From Raillietiella orientalis (lineage: Eukaryota), in assembly GCA_036172245.1 (NCBI GenBank), contig JAYWIR010000062.1, positions 434,001 to 498,000 on the forward strand: a DNA stretch of 64,000 nt, read 5' to 3'. The notes under the pieces were generated by a model. It saw only the letters and a program-made list of their open reading frames with translations, ran no database searches and was not told where the DNA came from. The position numbers were made by a program, and so were the translations under genes. Shown one piece after another: positions 11,583 through 24,826 of this stretch (position 1 is its first letter; every line of letters starts with the position of its first letter).

Positions 11583-14500
11583 TCGCTCTTCCGCTCCGCG
11601 GGCGCTTCGCTCCCGCTCTCGCCGGCAGCCGCTCTCGGATTGAGCCGCTCCGGAAAAGACGTTTGACGCCGTGCCAGCGCGCAGGCCCGGAAGGCGGCGG
11701 CAACGGCATGGAGGGGGGGGGGGGAGCCATCGGCTCTCCCGCCGCCGCCCCGCCAGGCGGGTCGCGTTGCGCGCCCTCCAGCGGCGCTTCCACTCCGAGT
11801 GCGCTCCGTCTGGACTAGAGGGAAGGAAAAGCCGTCCGTCAGGGAGGAGCACAGGGACGCCCACCGAAGTCCCCCGGGAGGGACGTCATCCCCTCCTCCG
11901 CAGGGGAGATTCGGGACGATAAGCGAGCTCTGGACCTCCCCTTCCTGGAGGAGGGGAGCGGTCGAGCTTCCTCTCGGATCAACGACCAGGTGGACAGGGA
12001 GAATTCGGGATCGAGGAAGGTTGGCTCCTGTTGCACCTCCTGGGAGTCTTCCTTCTGCGGCCCCGGGATGTCGGAAGGGCGGTCGAGGAGAAGGGCAAAG
12101 GGCGGGCTCCGTTCAGGGTGAGCGAGGATTGTCGGACGGTGCTGAGGACCGCAGCCAGAGGCGTTTCCGGGAAGGGACCTGCCGCCCAGCTGGCGCTGTC
12201 AGGAGAACTCTGGGGCGTCATTGGCTCTTGGCAAGCACCTCCAGAATGTGCGGCAAGCAGCGGCGAACCGGCACGCCTTCTACGGTTCCGGCAGCGGCGT
12301 GCACCCTGGGAGCGCGTACTCCCTTCCTCCCAAGGGCGCGTCCGGCGCTGACGAAAGCCGCCCTCGGATCGCCAAAGGGGACGAGACGGTGTGCTGCTTG
12401 CCCCATCCCCTCCGGTTTCCTTGGACGTCTTCCCGCTAGGGGGTGCCGATCGGCAGCATCCGGTATGGACCTCCTGCGAGACGCATCTCAGACTTTGCCG
12501 GGAATGGAGCGACGGAAAGGGGAGATTGAGCAGGACCGAGGGGTAGGGAGGGATAAAGGGAGGTTGCCAGGATGCGGAGGCGCACCCTCGACGGCGTTTC
12601 GCGAGCATCCATGTGAGGGATGGGAAGACATCAGGAGACAGAGCTCCAACACCTCCTTCCCTCTTCTCGCTCCTGGAATTCCGGCAAGGGCAGGAGGAGC
12701 CGACAACGGGCAAGGTCTGGGAGCGGCCGAGGAAGTTGCAGCAGGGGAAAGAACCATCCCGTGGGGAACCTTTACTCTCCCCTCTTCCTCCCTCAGGCGC
12801 GCGGAAAGGGGACATCCTCTGGTGAAGGCGGAAGGGGGAGGGAAAAGCGAAGGGGCACATGTCCTCTGTCCACACCCGTTCGACCCCTCCCTCCCTAGAG
12901 ACTATGGGGTCTCCGTTCTCTGAGCAGGGAAGGAGGCTGCCCTCCAGAGAGGTGCCGGGAGCAGCACCTTAGAGCGAACCTTGGAGAACGTAATGGGGAA
13001 GGACAAGGCAGGGAGACCCCTTGTTCCCCTCTTCTCTTCCTGCTGAGCTCCGGGCCTCTGGGGTTCCTCCTCCCGGGGAGCAATTGATGCGAAATGCATG
13101 GGTCCTGCGTTCCGGGCGTCCCTGGCCCTCTCGAGGGACCTCCACCACAGGGAAGCGAGGGCGGTCCCTCTGAGTCACGGGAGGCTCCTGGGACTTCCCT
13201 TCGCCACCCATTCAGCTGGATCGGCCCCTGGAGCCGTGCGCGCCAGCGCTCGTTGAGCAGCAGGGCGGGGCAGTGTACGTGAGTCCAGGACTTGGAGGGC
13301 CTTTGGATCCGTGGGGAGCCGACTGGCGTGGTGGACGGACTGGTGGACCACACGTGGGCAAACCTATCGGCGGTGAGGGTAAACCCCTCGGAATGACCGA
13401 GAATTCCCTGAGGAAAGGGGGGCTGCGCAAGAAGTAACGGGAAGATCAGAGGATGAGAGGACATTGTGTGAGAGCGCCACCTCCTGGAAGGGCCGACTTC
13501 AGGAGCTAGAAGAATAGGAGGGGGGAAGGGAAGGCCAGCGTGTGCAACCTCTCGCATGCTCCTCCCTCTTTCTTTCTTTCCTGCACGCGTGCCGACTTCC
13601 CTCGAGAGGCTCACCTCTCACAGAGAGTCTGCGGCAGCGTCCTGGGGAAGAGACTCACACTATCTCGGCGAATAATCCTCAGCATACCTGGATCGACACT
13701 CGGCTCAGCGGAGCACCCCGGCAGCCGGAGCGGATGATCGCAGCGAGAGTAGGAGTAGTGGAACGTCCCGGTTCTCCCTAGGGACGGCTTCTACCCAGCC
13801 TTCTCCCCTCGGGGGCTTGCCGACCCGTCTGGATCGGAAAGCGAGGTTGCTTGGAGACGGTGTAGGGTCAGGAGAGGGTCCCCATGCTGCTCCACCGTCG
13901 CAGCAGCCGCACTTGACGGGAACCTTGACGGCCTCTCTTCCTCCAAGGGTGTCCTTTGGCCACAGCGACGTTGCCGCGTTGGAGAGGGCTGGAGGAGCGA
14001 GGAATCCACCCAGAACCTCCTGCTGCCTGGCAACCGGCGCTCCCGACAACGGGCGGCCCGTCTCTTCCGCCCGACAGACTCGACCGCCGACGGGTCAGAC
14101 ACGGCAAGACGCGATCCCTGCGTCCACGACCCGACCGCGGAGCATCTCTCCCCCCTCCTCCCTCCTCGGATTGCTCGGATGCTGTCGCTTCTGCCACAGA
14201 GAAGCAGGGCGCCTCCCAGGGTGCGAAAGTGGAAGCGACGACTCCCTTGCAGGTGCTGACTGACGGAGGCTACACCCTTCGCGCCACCAGACACTCGGCG
14301 GTGGCACCGGGGCTAGTGGGCGCAGCGCACGTTAATCCTCCTCCTGCGTGGCGGCCCCGCGCAATTGGGCACTCCTCGCTGCTTGGAGATCCCGGAAGGA
14401 AGTGCTCGCTCCCGGTCCCAATCCCGACTCCAGCGGAGGGGCGTTTCCACTTCGCAGCCTTTTCGCGAGGTCCGGAGGGAACGCAGGGGACCCCACCCCG

Positions 14501-17500
14501 CTCCCCGGGGTCCCTTTGCACCCAGAACGCAGGAGGACGACCGTCCTGCAACCTGCCGGGGGGCGCAGGAAACGAAGCCGAGGGCTTGGTTCGCGGTCCT
14601 TCCCCTAGGCATTCCAGCGCGTGGGGTCTCCGTTCCTGAGACTTTTTTGCCGTCCTCCTTCCGCAAATGGGACCTCCGGGAAGGGGAGGAGAAGGAGGAG
14701 AGACCTACGAAGAGCGCCCTTCTTCAGCAGAAACCTGGGAGGTCTCCCACGACCCACCGCAGGGACGCTGGGAGGAAAGGAGAGGGAACGAATCGCGACC
14801 TCGGGGAACGAGAGCTTCGCGTGCTCCCGGTTGGATCCTTCCATTGAACCCCTTCTTTCCTGGATCTGCATTTCCTAAACAAGGAAGGAGCGAAGCTGAG
14901 GCGCATTGCCGTAGACTTTGCCCCTTCTCCTCCCCCACCCCCAAATCCCAGGGTATTGTCACGAGCGTGACCCTCGAGGTGACTCCCCAAGGGCAGAGGA
15001 GGAAGGATGACGATTCTGACCAAGACTAACATTATAATGCACTTTGAGCACGAGTTACTCGTTTCTTCCTCCCTTCCTTCTCCTCTCTTCCTCCTCTTCC
15101 TCCTCCCTACCTCAACATTATAGTTATCTCCTCTGGGTTCCTCCTGATGACTTTGTCTGTCCAGATCAAGCAGTCCTTGACATGACCCTTCGCCATTGAG
15201 CGATTCAAGGGCCGCTGCATTTTCAGAGTTCCCCTTTTCGGGACTCCACAGCGGTAGTCGTCCTGTCTGGGGCTTTCCTTGGTGCTCGCTCGCGGGGCGC
15301 AGTCCGAGCCGCAGGATAGCAGGAACCCCTTTCGCCATCCAAGCGCCCCCGGTAATCAGGACATGGCTCTGGCTCTCGTAATGATTTTCAGCCCCTCGCC
15401 CCCCCCCCCCTCCGACCCTTTTCCCGCCGGCGCGCTTGGCGGAGCGAGATCGATCTCCCGGAAACCGTCATTTCCTGGATTACGGCCATCGGGATTGCCT
15501 GGCAAGAGGATGCGACGTCCGCTCGATCTCATAGGATGCCTCCTCCCTCCTGTCCTCTCCACCACGCGTCCTTTCCATCCCGAGAGAAGGCTCTCGTTGG
15601 CACTTCGGATCGAGAGTGTGCCGTAAAGCTCGCACCACCCACAGGGATCCTCGGCCGTTCCCGCCGTTCGAGCTCCGATCCAGGGATGCAGCTCCCGGGT
15701 TCCTCCTACACCTACGATGTAGGCGTGCCTTTTTCAAGCCTCCCTGCCTCCCCCAAATTCTTGCCTCCCGGGTGACCTTCACCTGGAAAGTGCCGGGGAG
15801 CTTGGCCGCGGTGACGCCCGTGCTTCCGGATCGCAAGATCGATCCCGCTGTCCCCGAGCCAGGGATGTGGGCCTTTAGAGACGCGACAGCGGGGAGAGTT
15901 GTCTCTCTCCCGGAGGACGAGCGGATGCTCCGGGTCCTCCTGCGCCTAGCCCGGGATCTCCCCTCTGGGACGCTTTGCTCTCCTTTTTCCCGTGACCCCA
16001 TTTCGCCGGGATCTCTCGCGACCAGCTGGTATTCGTGGGACCTCCCGTCCCGAACCAGAGTCGGAGAGAAGCCTCCCGGTGGCCCGTGAGACTCCCTTCG
16101 AAAGGAGGGGGAGGGGCATTTCCGTCCTTCATTTCCGTCCTCTTCTCAGTGAAGACCTTCCGGGAGTGTCTGATCATCTCGGGGCCTCGGAGGTCTTCGA
16201 TCCAGGGGCTCATGCGCCCTCAGGAGACCTCCGGAGATTCCTGCTCCTGGCCCGCAGGGACTTCCCGGCTGTCTCTCTGGACGCGCGCAGGAAGCAGGCT
16301 GTTCCCGACAAGATCCCCCCGGTAACACGGGATTGCCTTTGTCCTCTCCTCTCCGGCGCGGGACTCCCACCCGGATTCCCCGCCCCCTTTCCCCTTCTTC
16401 AGGGCTGCAGCAGCCTCCGAGCCGAACGCGGGGGAGGCGGGACTGTCGGAAGACCCCCCCGAGGGAGCCCCAGAGGGAGCGCCAGCATGCGGTGGCAGAA
16501 GGAGGAGGAGAAGGAGGAGCAGCAGCAGGGGGGTGGCGCGGAATGGGAGAAAAGGGGCGTGCACGCTGGCAACGGCGGGAGTTTGATCGATGAGTTGCGA
16601 GCGGCCGTTCCAGGAGTCGTGAGGGAGGGCGTGGGGTGCGGATGGGAGAACCCCGTGTCTGCAAGGCCGCCGACCCTCCTCCGAGGGGCAGCCCTAGCAA
16701 CGGGGCTCGCGGGAGTCCCTTCCACACGGATCCGCCCCCAGTCCTGGCTTCCCTCCAGAAGGCGCCCGGGATGCTCTACCTCCTCCCGGGGGATCGGCCG
16801 AGAAAGGGACGGATGCACACCGAAGGCCTCTGGTTCTTGGCTCGACCAAGAGAGACGGCGCCAAGGAAGCGGTCCGTTCGCGTGACGCTTCGTAGGAAGG
16901 GAGGAGAAGGGGAGGGAGGGCGGCGCTCTTCGTCGGTGCCGTGGAAGCTGAAGAGAGGCTCTCGAAGGCGCCAGACGGAGGTCGGGAGAAGGCGTGGGGA
17001 CGGCCGACCAATCCCAAAGAGCCGCCTTCCTTCCCCCCTCAGTCGGAAACGGCGCAGCTCCTGGCGGGCTCGGACGGGCGAAAGAGGGAGAAGCGCTCGT
17101 TGGAGCCTCGAAGAAGCCCTCAGACGTTCATGGAGACGACAGGCTCTTTCGGAAGAGCAGCTACCGCTTGCCTCGGAGGGGCCGTGGGCAGAAGAGTCCC
17201 CGTGGCCTGGGAGCTCGGGGAAGGGCAGCTCTTCCCGCGTTGTCTCCAGAGGGGGCTCCCTCCGGGGCCAGGGTCCCTTCTCCTGGAATCCCTAAAATGA
17301 AGCCTCAGGCCCTGCGCTTTCAGGGGGGAAAGGGTGGGAAGGGCGCAGACGGCCACCTCCTCGTCCCGCGCCCGAGGCGGGACACGCGTGTCCCTGCTTG
17401 CCCAGCCCAAGGGTTTCCCGATCGACCACCGTCCCCTCCAAGTTCGGCATCCAAGGGGCGCCGTGGACCTTCTCCTTCCTACTCTTCCCCCCGCCCCCTC

Positions 17501-20500
17501 CTCCCACTTTTCCAGCAGGGGAAAGCTCTCGCCCGAAGGAAATCCCGGAGGAACTTCGGGTCTTTGCCCTCCGGAGTTTTTGGGGAAAGCGAGGGCCCCC
17601 TCTCACGATGGGAATGGGTGGGAGGGATGGGAGGAGGGGACTCCTCGCCGGTCGTCAGATCGGATTTGCTTCCCTTTTTTCTTTTTTTTTTTTTGCCCCT
17701 GGGGTTGCGGGAAGAGATCCGATGGCGCGCAGCTTCTGCGTGGCAGCGTGTTTACAGACGGGCGCGGGTTTCCAGGGGAAAGCGCACGCTTTCCCCGTTG
17801 CCTTCCCGGCGTTTGTTTACCTTCGCTCTCTCTCCCGTCTTTTTTGGAAACCGTCCGAGCTTCCGGGATTGAGGAAAGAAATGTCGAGGGAGCGAGGACT
17901 CGACGTTTCCGCCAGCCCTCCTCCACCTCACATCCCTCTCGCTTGGTCCTCTGAAGCCGCCGCCGCCTTTTGTCACGTCCACGGAACCCTTGCCCTCTTT
18001 CTCTCCCGATGACCGACCCAGGTTGATCACTGGAACGCTCCGGAGAGCATTCCGTGGGGTCGAAGCGCGGAAGGCTGCGGTCGAGGTCGGGGCAGGAGGA
18101 CTGGCCTACCAACCGCGTCTGCTACCGTACGATGGGGAGGGTGGGGTGGACTGCGCCCTTGAAAAGGCAGCAGGGGTACGCTCTCGCCCCTGTTCTCTGA
18201 TTGGCGAGGCCTTCCTGTCACTTCCGGACGAGCGGGAAGGAGGGAGGGGAGGAGCAGGAAACAGACGTCTTGGACCGCCCCCTCAACCCTGCAGTGCGCC
18301 GCAGACCCCGTGCGGGCTTTTTCAAGTTCCAGCGGGTGGCAGCCCCCCACGTCCATGTGGGCCACCACGATTGGCCGCAGCCCAAGAGAGGCGCAGCCTC
18401 ATCGGAGGGTGCAGGCGACGGCGCACGCTGATGGAGTGGGGAGGTGTCCCGTTCGCCATAGGGTGCAGGCGAGAAGGAGGAGGAGGAGAGGGAGAGGGAC
18501 GAAAAGAGGATTATGGGGGGGAAAACGGGGGAAAGGAAACGACACACACCCTCCGACAGAGAGCACTCCCAAAGGGAATTTCTCTTCCGGTGCTGCTGAT
18601 GACGTTTCCCGCGTGCTAAGGCCATGGTCGGTCAGCCAACCCCACTGCCGTCTTCCTTGGCGAGACGTCTGTGGCCGGCGCCTTTGCTCCCGTAAGCAAC
18701 GGATCCTCCTGATTCGAGTACCAGAAAGGGTAAGGGGAAAGGTTGGTCCTTCGCGAGACCCTTGGTCTCCCATGGCAAGCTCTTCTTCCTTCTCTTCTCC
18801 TTCCCTCTCCTCCTTTCTTCCTCCCTTCCTTCCCCCTCATCATCATCACCATCATCAAGGAAATGAGTTCCGAAAACGCCGGAGTCGCCGTCGGCCACTC
18901 CTCCTCTTTCCCCGCCTCCCTCCCCCTCCCTCTTGCCGAACGATGCGCCTCGTAAGAGCGCAGCTTTCCCAAATTCCGGATCCGCACCGTGCCGGGCCAG
19001 GAGCCCGGGGCTGGAGAGCTGTTTCGGCCCGAAAGGCGCCGGCACGGCGAGTGCCTAGGGCCGCACGCGCGCCCCGCTCTTTCGCTGGTGGATATGCGCG
19101 AGGTGAAGTATCCTTCTTTGTTCGGTGGGTCCATCACAGGAGCAGTCTCGCCGAGGTTGTGAGCTCCCGCGCGGAGCTGCCGCTCCCCGCTGCCTCTTCT
19201 CCAAGGGAGAAGGGGAGGGGGCGGGTCTGTGGAAAGGCAGCAGCAAGGGACGGTGACTTCCGGCTGCCGGAGTGAGCTCTGTGGGTTCCTTTCTCCCCCT
19301 CCTGCAGTAGGGGGGCGGGGTGTTCGTAACCGGGACAAAGGAGCTCCTCGGTAGCTCCTGCCGCTAGCGGAGAGGCAGCTTTCGCCTTCTGGAGCCGTTT
19401 CCATCGCAACACCCGCTAAGCGATATGGCGAAAGGGGGAGCGATGGAAGGACTTTGCTGCAGGCGCTAGGGTCATGGTCTGATGTGGCGGCGCAGACCAG
19501 AGTCTCCGACCGCCAGACTAGCGCCAGACCTTCTCCCCCCTTCTGCTCCTTCCCGGTTTTCCGGGAAACCCCGGATGAACGGGATTCCGGTCCATCCTCC
19601 TCCGCAGCGTTTGTACGCTCCGGAGCAATGTTCTCCCCCTTCGAGGGGGAGGAACCCTGGGTGCTGAAGTCAAGGCGCATCCTCCCGTGGTGCCCCTCGT
19701 GCAGACGGGTCGTCTCCGGCGGAGACCAAGGTCCCTCTCTCTTCTCTTCCCGGAGGATCCGCCGGCGTCCTCGGCGACTACCGAGAGCAGACCAGAGGAC
19801 CCACCAGCCGTCTCCGGGAGCAGCGGTCCTCCCAAAAACAGGATGAGGAGGAGTAGGAGGGTGAGAGAAGAAATGATGGGAAACCCGGCGATCGGCGAGT
19901 CTCTTGGGACGCCCATGCGAAGCCTGTTGGCCCTAGGAGGGGGCCCTTCAGGCGGGTGCTCCCTCCTCCACGTAGCTCCCCTTCTCCGCTGGGGGACGGA
20001 GACAGGGGGAGTTCGCGGGGAAGTCCCTCCTCCTTCTCCCAGATGGCGGCGGAGCCTGTGGCCCGCTCCCCCTACGGCTGCTCGGCTACTGCCGGTTCCG
20101 CCGGCGCCTCGTGGCTGACCACAAGGTTCTCGGTCTCCTGCCTGGGCCGCTCTTGTGATCCTAAGTGTCGAGGTGCAAACTCAAGCCGGAGGGGAGGAGG
20201 GGACAGTCACCGGAAAAATTCGGCCCTCCACCCCCGCTCGAGGAGCCGCCCTGAGGGGGCGCTCGTCGCACCCTCAGGCTCCCTCTCGCTTTCGCTCCAG
20301 GAAAAGCGGAAGATGAGCCGCCGGAGGGCCTTCCCTGGAGCCCGCCTCTTCCTCTTTCCCCAAAGACTGGGTGCGGCCTCGGGTGGGAAGGAGTAACAGC
20401 CGTTTCCCGGAACGCTCTGCACCTGGGCAGTGCCATCTTCCTCATCCGTAGGGGAAGGACTGGAGGTGGCTTCTTCTCCTCCCCCCCCTCCCGAGATGGC

Positions 20501-23500
20501 AGGTACGGATAGGGGGTCGGTCAGTCCGCTTCGCCGGACAGCCTTGGCCCGGTCAGGTAACGCGGAGCTCTCAGATGACTGCGGTTCCCGACGCTGCCGA
20601 GGAGCTGTGTCTCCTGGAGCGGCGGCGGGAGTGGAGGGTGGAGAAGCTGCAGACGGAGGGGGGAAGAGCGCTGTTGACTTGGAGCCCGGGGGTCTCTGAG
20701 AAGGAGGCCGGCGAGAGTGGACACTTTCCCGGAAAAGGTGTGCACACGCGGCAGGCAGATGACACCCTTCCCCCGACCCCCACGCTGCTCTGGCGCGCTC
20801 CAAATGGCCCTTTCATCTCCTCTCCTCCCTTCTGCCTTTACCCAGCCAGCGGCGTTCGGGTGCCTCCCTGAGTAGCATTCGCGAAGGACACCCTCCTCCC
20901 ACCCTTCACCCCCTTCCTTAGCGCGTTTCAGATCGCAAGGTCCTTCTCGCCGCACCATACCTTCCCGAGGTTCCTTTGGGAGAGGAGTGCTCGCTCACCC
21001 ACTCTCAGGCTGCACGCAGCTCCCCCGAGCGTCCCCGCCAGGTTCGTGCCCTTCGCGGCGACTCCTCGGCTCGGCTACTCTCGGATCGCTCGCCCCTACC
21101 CCAACGCCCAGCCCCAAGCCACCCAGGGAGGGGGAGGGGCCCTCCCTTTCAAGGATCCTTCCAGGACCCCGGCTTGGCTCTTCCCAAAGCTGCCCCGCCC
21201 TCCTCCCCCTGCGTCACTTGCACCCTGCATCGTGCCTGCGCCTCCTAGGGGATGGGGATTGCTCTCTAGGAGTGTCCGTCGCCCTGAGATCCCCTGAAAG
21301 GGAAGATTAGAGGGGCTGTCCTTGTTTGACAGACTCCAGTTGTTCCTGCAGCTGCTCCCACCCTCCCCAAGCGGTAGAGGCCCTTGCCCCAGAACAGCTC
21401 CGCAAGTGCACCCGACTGACTTTTGGGGTGAAAGGGTCACTGGGAACACTGCCGGCACCTCGGTCAGGAGATTGGAGTCTCCCGTGCGTACTGCCCACAT
21501 CAGGGTCCTCCTCCCTCATTCTCCCTTGGACTCAGGACTCCGGGAGGGACATTTCCTTCAGTCCCTTCCTTCTGTGAAGCAAGGGAGGAGGAAAATGGAG
21601 CTTTCCCAGGAAAGAACCGAGGGGTTTCTTCCCGGCGCTTCCTCGGTCGCACGAACCCCGCCTCCGGACGAGGTCGGGCAGGGCTGCCTGGCCCCTCTGC
21701 CCTTACCGCAGGAGACCCCCATAACCGACTCCGCGGCCGCCACTCCAGGATCCGTCTGGGTCACTCGCTGATCCCCGGGGGGTTACGAGCCGGCCGCGAC
21801 TCAGAGAGATTCATAGCCACCCGACTTCCCCCAAGTCGCGACCTCGGGAAAGGTCACCGCCACAGCCTGCGCTTCGCGGTAGGCGCACTCCTTGAGCCTA
21901 CCGCGGGGCGGACTCCGCGAAAGGAGAGGCCTCCCCGAACAGGGGTTCTCGGGGCTGGTGCCCCGCTCGGGGACAAATGAGGGCCCGCGGCGAAGGCTCC
22001 AGGAACGCGTTCCTCCCAGGACGAGGAGACTCGCCCAGGGAAAAAGGGATGCACAGGACACTGGGGAGCCCCTTCCTTCCTTCAAACACGCTCGGCCGCC
22101 CGCTCCTTCGGGCCCGGACCCGTAGAAGGAAGGACGCGTTCGTCTCCATCGGAGCCCAGTGCCCCGGGTCTGTTCCCTCTCTCTTTTCGGGGGCGCTGGG
22201 GGGAAAGGGCAGCTGGAGGTCCATCCAACAGCATCTGATCCGTGAGCGCACCCCGCGTTATGCAGCAGCGGGAAGGTTAGCTCGCTTCCGAGCGAGGACC
22301 CAGCCGCCGCCGCTCCCCTGCAGAACTTACCCACCCTCCACCCCCATCCCTCGTCCAGCAGGAAGCGTCCGGCCCTTCGGGTCCACCCCGAGCAGAGCCT
22401 CTTCCGCATCCACCCCCCCCCCCCCCTCTCCCCGAGCAAAGGGGGGCGCCGACGAGATCGCCCTCCGCCTTCGCATCGCACGCGCGCGCCTGCGCGGGCC
22501 GCCGTGGGCGCTGTCAACGTCCCGGAGGCAGCGGCTTCGGGCGAGTGCAGACCATCGACAGCCCCTCTCCGAGAAGCGTGACTACCTGGAAAGAGGGGAG
22601 AGGAACGGGGGCAGACGCGGGATGATCCCTCCCTTCCAGTCAGGACCCTCGAGCCCGGGATGCGCGCCTTCCCCGGTGCCCTCACGACCAGGAGAGAAGT
22701 CAGGGCACTGCGGGCTCTCTGGGAAGGAGGGGTAGGGAGCGAAGGGACATGGGTGGCCAGGGAGGAGTTGCTGATCCAGCCCTTCCAAAAACGTTCCGAG
22801 ACGCGCGCCTGCTAGCAGGGTAGAGGAGGGGTGGGCCGAAAGAGATCTCCCCCCTCCCCAGCTCACAACGCCGACCCCCCACCCCTCCCAGCAGATGGTC
22901 GCGCGGATGGACCGCGTCCTTGGCAAACTTTCCGACTCCCCGATGCCTCCTAACCCTCTGGAAATGGGTTATGAGGGGAGGAGGCCTTCCGCTCCCCCCC
23001 CCTAGCCCGCCGGCCGGCTGAGATCCCCCGTCCCCGAGTAGAAGCGACGGGAGGTCAGGGAAGAAGGGGACGGAGGGGGGGATGAGAAGGTATGCGGGGA
23101 TGGGCCGCGCCTCCCCGACCGCCTCGCTTACCCTTCTCATCCCCTTCGGGGATGGCCAGGGAATCTCCCCCGCTTTCCCTTCTCTCCCCACAAGGTCGTC
23201 TGCCCCCTGCCTAGGACCGCCCCACTGTCCTCCGGGGGTGCCGTCCGATCCCCGAGGTTCACCGCTGGCCTCGCCCTCCTGAATGCGGCGGCCCACCCTC
23301 CCCTCTGCCATAAGCCTGCCGGAAGAATGGGCAGCCCACCACCCCCCGATGGTCCCCGACACGCTGCGTTCCCGAGAAAGCTGGCAGGGTCGGGCGGGCA
23401 TCTGACGGCAGAGGCGCGGGATGCTCTTCCCGGGCTGACTCGCGGGTCGGGGGGAAGAGATGCCCTTGCAGGAACACGCGAGCGTGTTCCTGCAAGAGCG

Positions 23501-24463
23501 GGCACGAGAGGAGGCGAGAGGGAAGGAGCAACGGTCCCAGGGGGAAAAAGGAAGGGGCTTCTGGGGGCCTCTTCGGGAAACCCGTCATCGCCTACGACCC
23601 TTCCAGTGTCCCTCTTCACCCACGGGCACAGCGCTGCGATGGGTGAGGGAAGGGAACCGGGCAGCTCGCAGTGCGCACGCGCACTGCTCCCGGGAACTCT
23701 TCTCTCTCTGGTGCGGCGCGCGCTGCCGGGTTACCGTTCTCCACCTCCTCTGCCTATTTTTACCCTCACCCCCTTCGTCCCGTCGCTCGTTATTTCGGCG
23801 GCATCCGACTCCCTCCTTCCCGATCTTTCACTTTCCCACGCTCTGGAGATCAGTAAGACACAAAGATGCTCCCCCCCACGCACACGCGCACACACACGAT
23901 TCGATCTCTGATCGAATTTCCTTCAGCCGGATACGAGAATAAAGAGATATGTTTGATTTCTTGCGTGCGATTTTTTTTTTTTTTTTTTGTCTTTTTTTTT
24001 CGTTTCTCTCTCTCTTTTTCCCTTCTTTTTCTGCTTCTTGCTGGCCAATCTTTTCATCTCGCTCCATCCCGGAGGAGGCGCGGATCACGAGGGAAAACGG
24101 GGAGGGAACGCGTGCGTCGGGCTGGCAACCATCATCGCAGCGCGAGTCGTATCGAGGTGCTCCCCAATCGGGGTTTCCAGGGTTGCGAAAACTTCGAATT
24201 TTTCCTAATCAGATCCGAGTCGTGTGCAACAGATGGCATTTCAAACGCACGCACACGCAGCACGCAAAAAACAACAACAACAAAAAAAAATGATAAAGGA
24301 TAGAGCGTCGCTAAGTATTGGATGCACGACGATGCAGGACCGTTCCCTTGGAAATCGTGGGTCATGAGAGCATTTGACCTGTGGGAGGCAAGCAGCCAAG
24401 TTTGTCGCGGTTTGCGCGTAGTCCCCGTTGCTACCGCGATCGCCACTGGCGGTTTTTCTTTTT

Positions 24464-24826
24464 GCTGCTGCTGCTGCTGCTGTTTCTCCCTTCCGCCTTT
24501 GTGGTGCTGAGAGGGACGACGAAGAGAGCAAAGCTGGTTGCCCAGCTTCACTCCCATTTGCGTTGGCGGCGGCCTCGCCTGCAAGCGCCAACTGTTAAGG
24601 GGGGGGGGGGGGGGGGAGAAGAAGTGCGAAAACCTGGCCACTGGCCATCTGCCGCCGCAGGGCAAGCGCGAAAAGATGGCCGACGAAGCGTGAGGTGGAC
24701 CCGCATCCCGAATGCGCTCTATTAATAGGAACAACAATGCCTTCCTGCTTGATCGATATCCGCTTCGCCCGTTCCCTGGTTGCATAGGCGTATGTGCGTG
24801 CGCGTGCACGTGTGTGTGTGTGTGTG
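24464..24826. repeat. Simple-repeat cluster: (GCT)6, G18 run, (TG)n
   Basis: gctgctgctgctgctgctg at ~24464-24482, G-run at 24599-24616, TG repeat at ~24810-24826. Confidence 0.8.

Noticed and set aside
10464..11864. 466-aa ORF as a stand-alone protein
   Set aside because: Only the part ending at 10948 is Cav3 exon sequence; the rest is read-through into the U12 intron and a microsatellite-rich upstream region.
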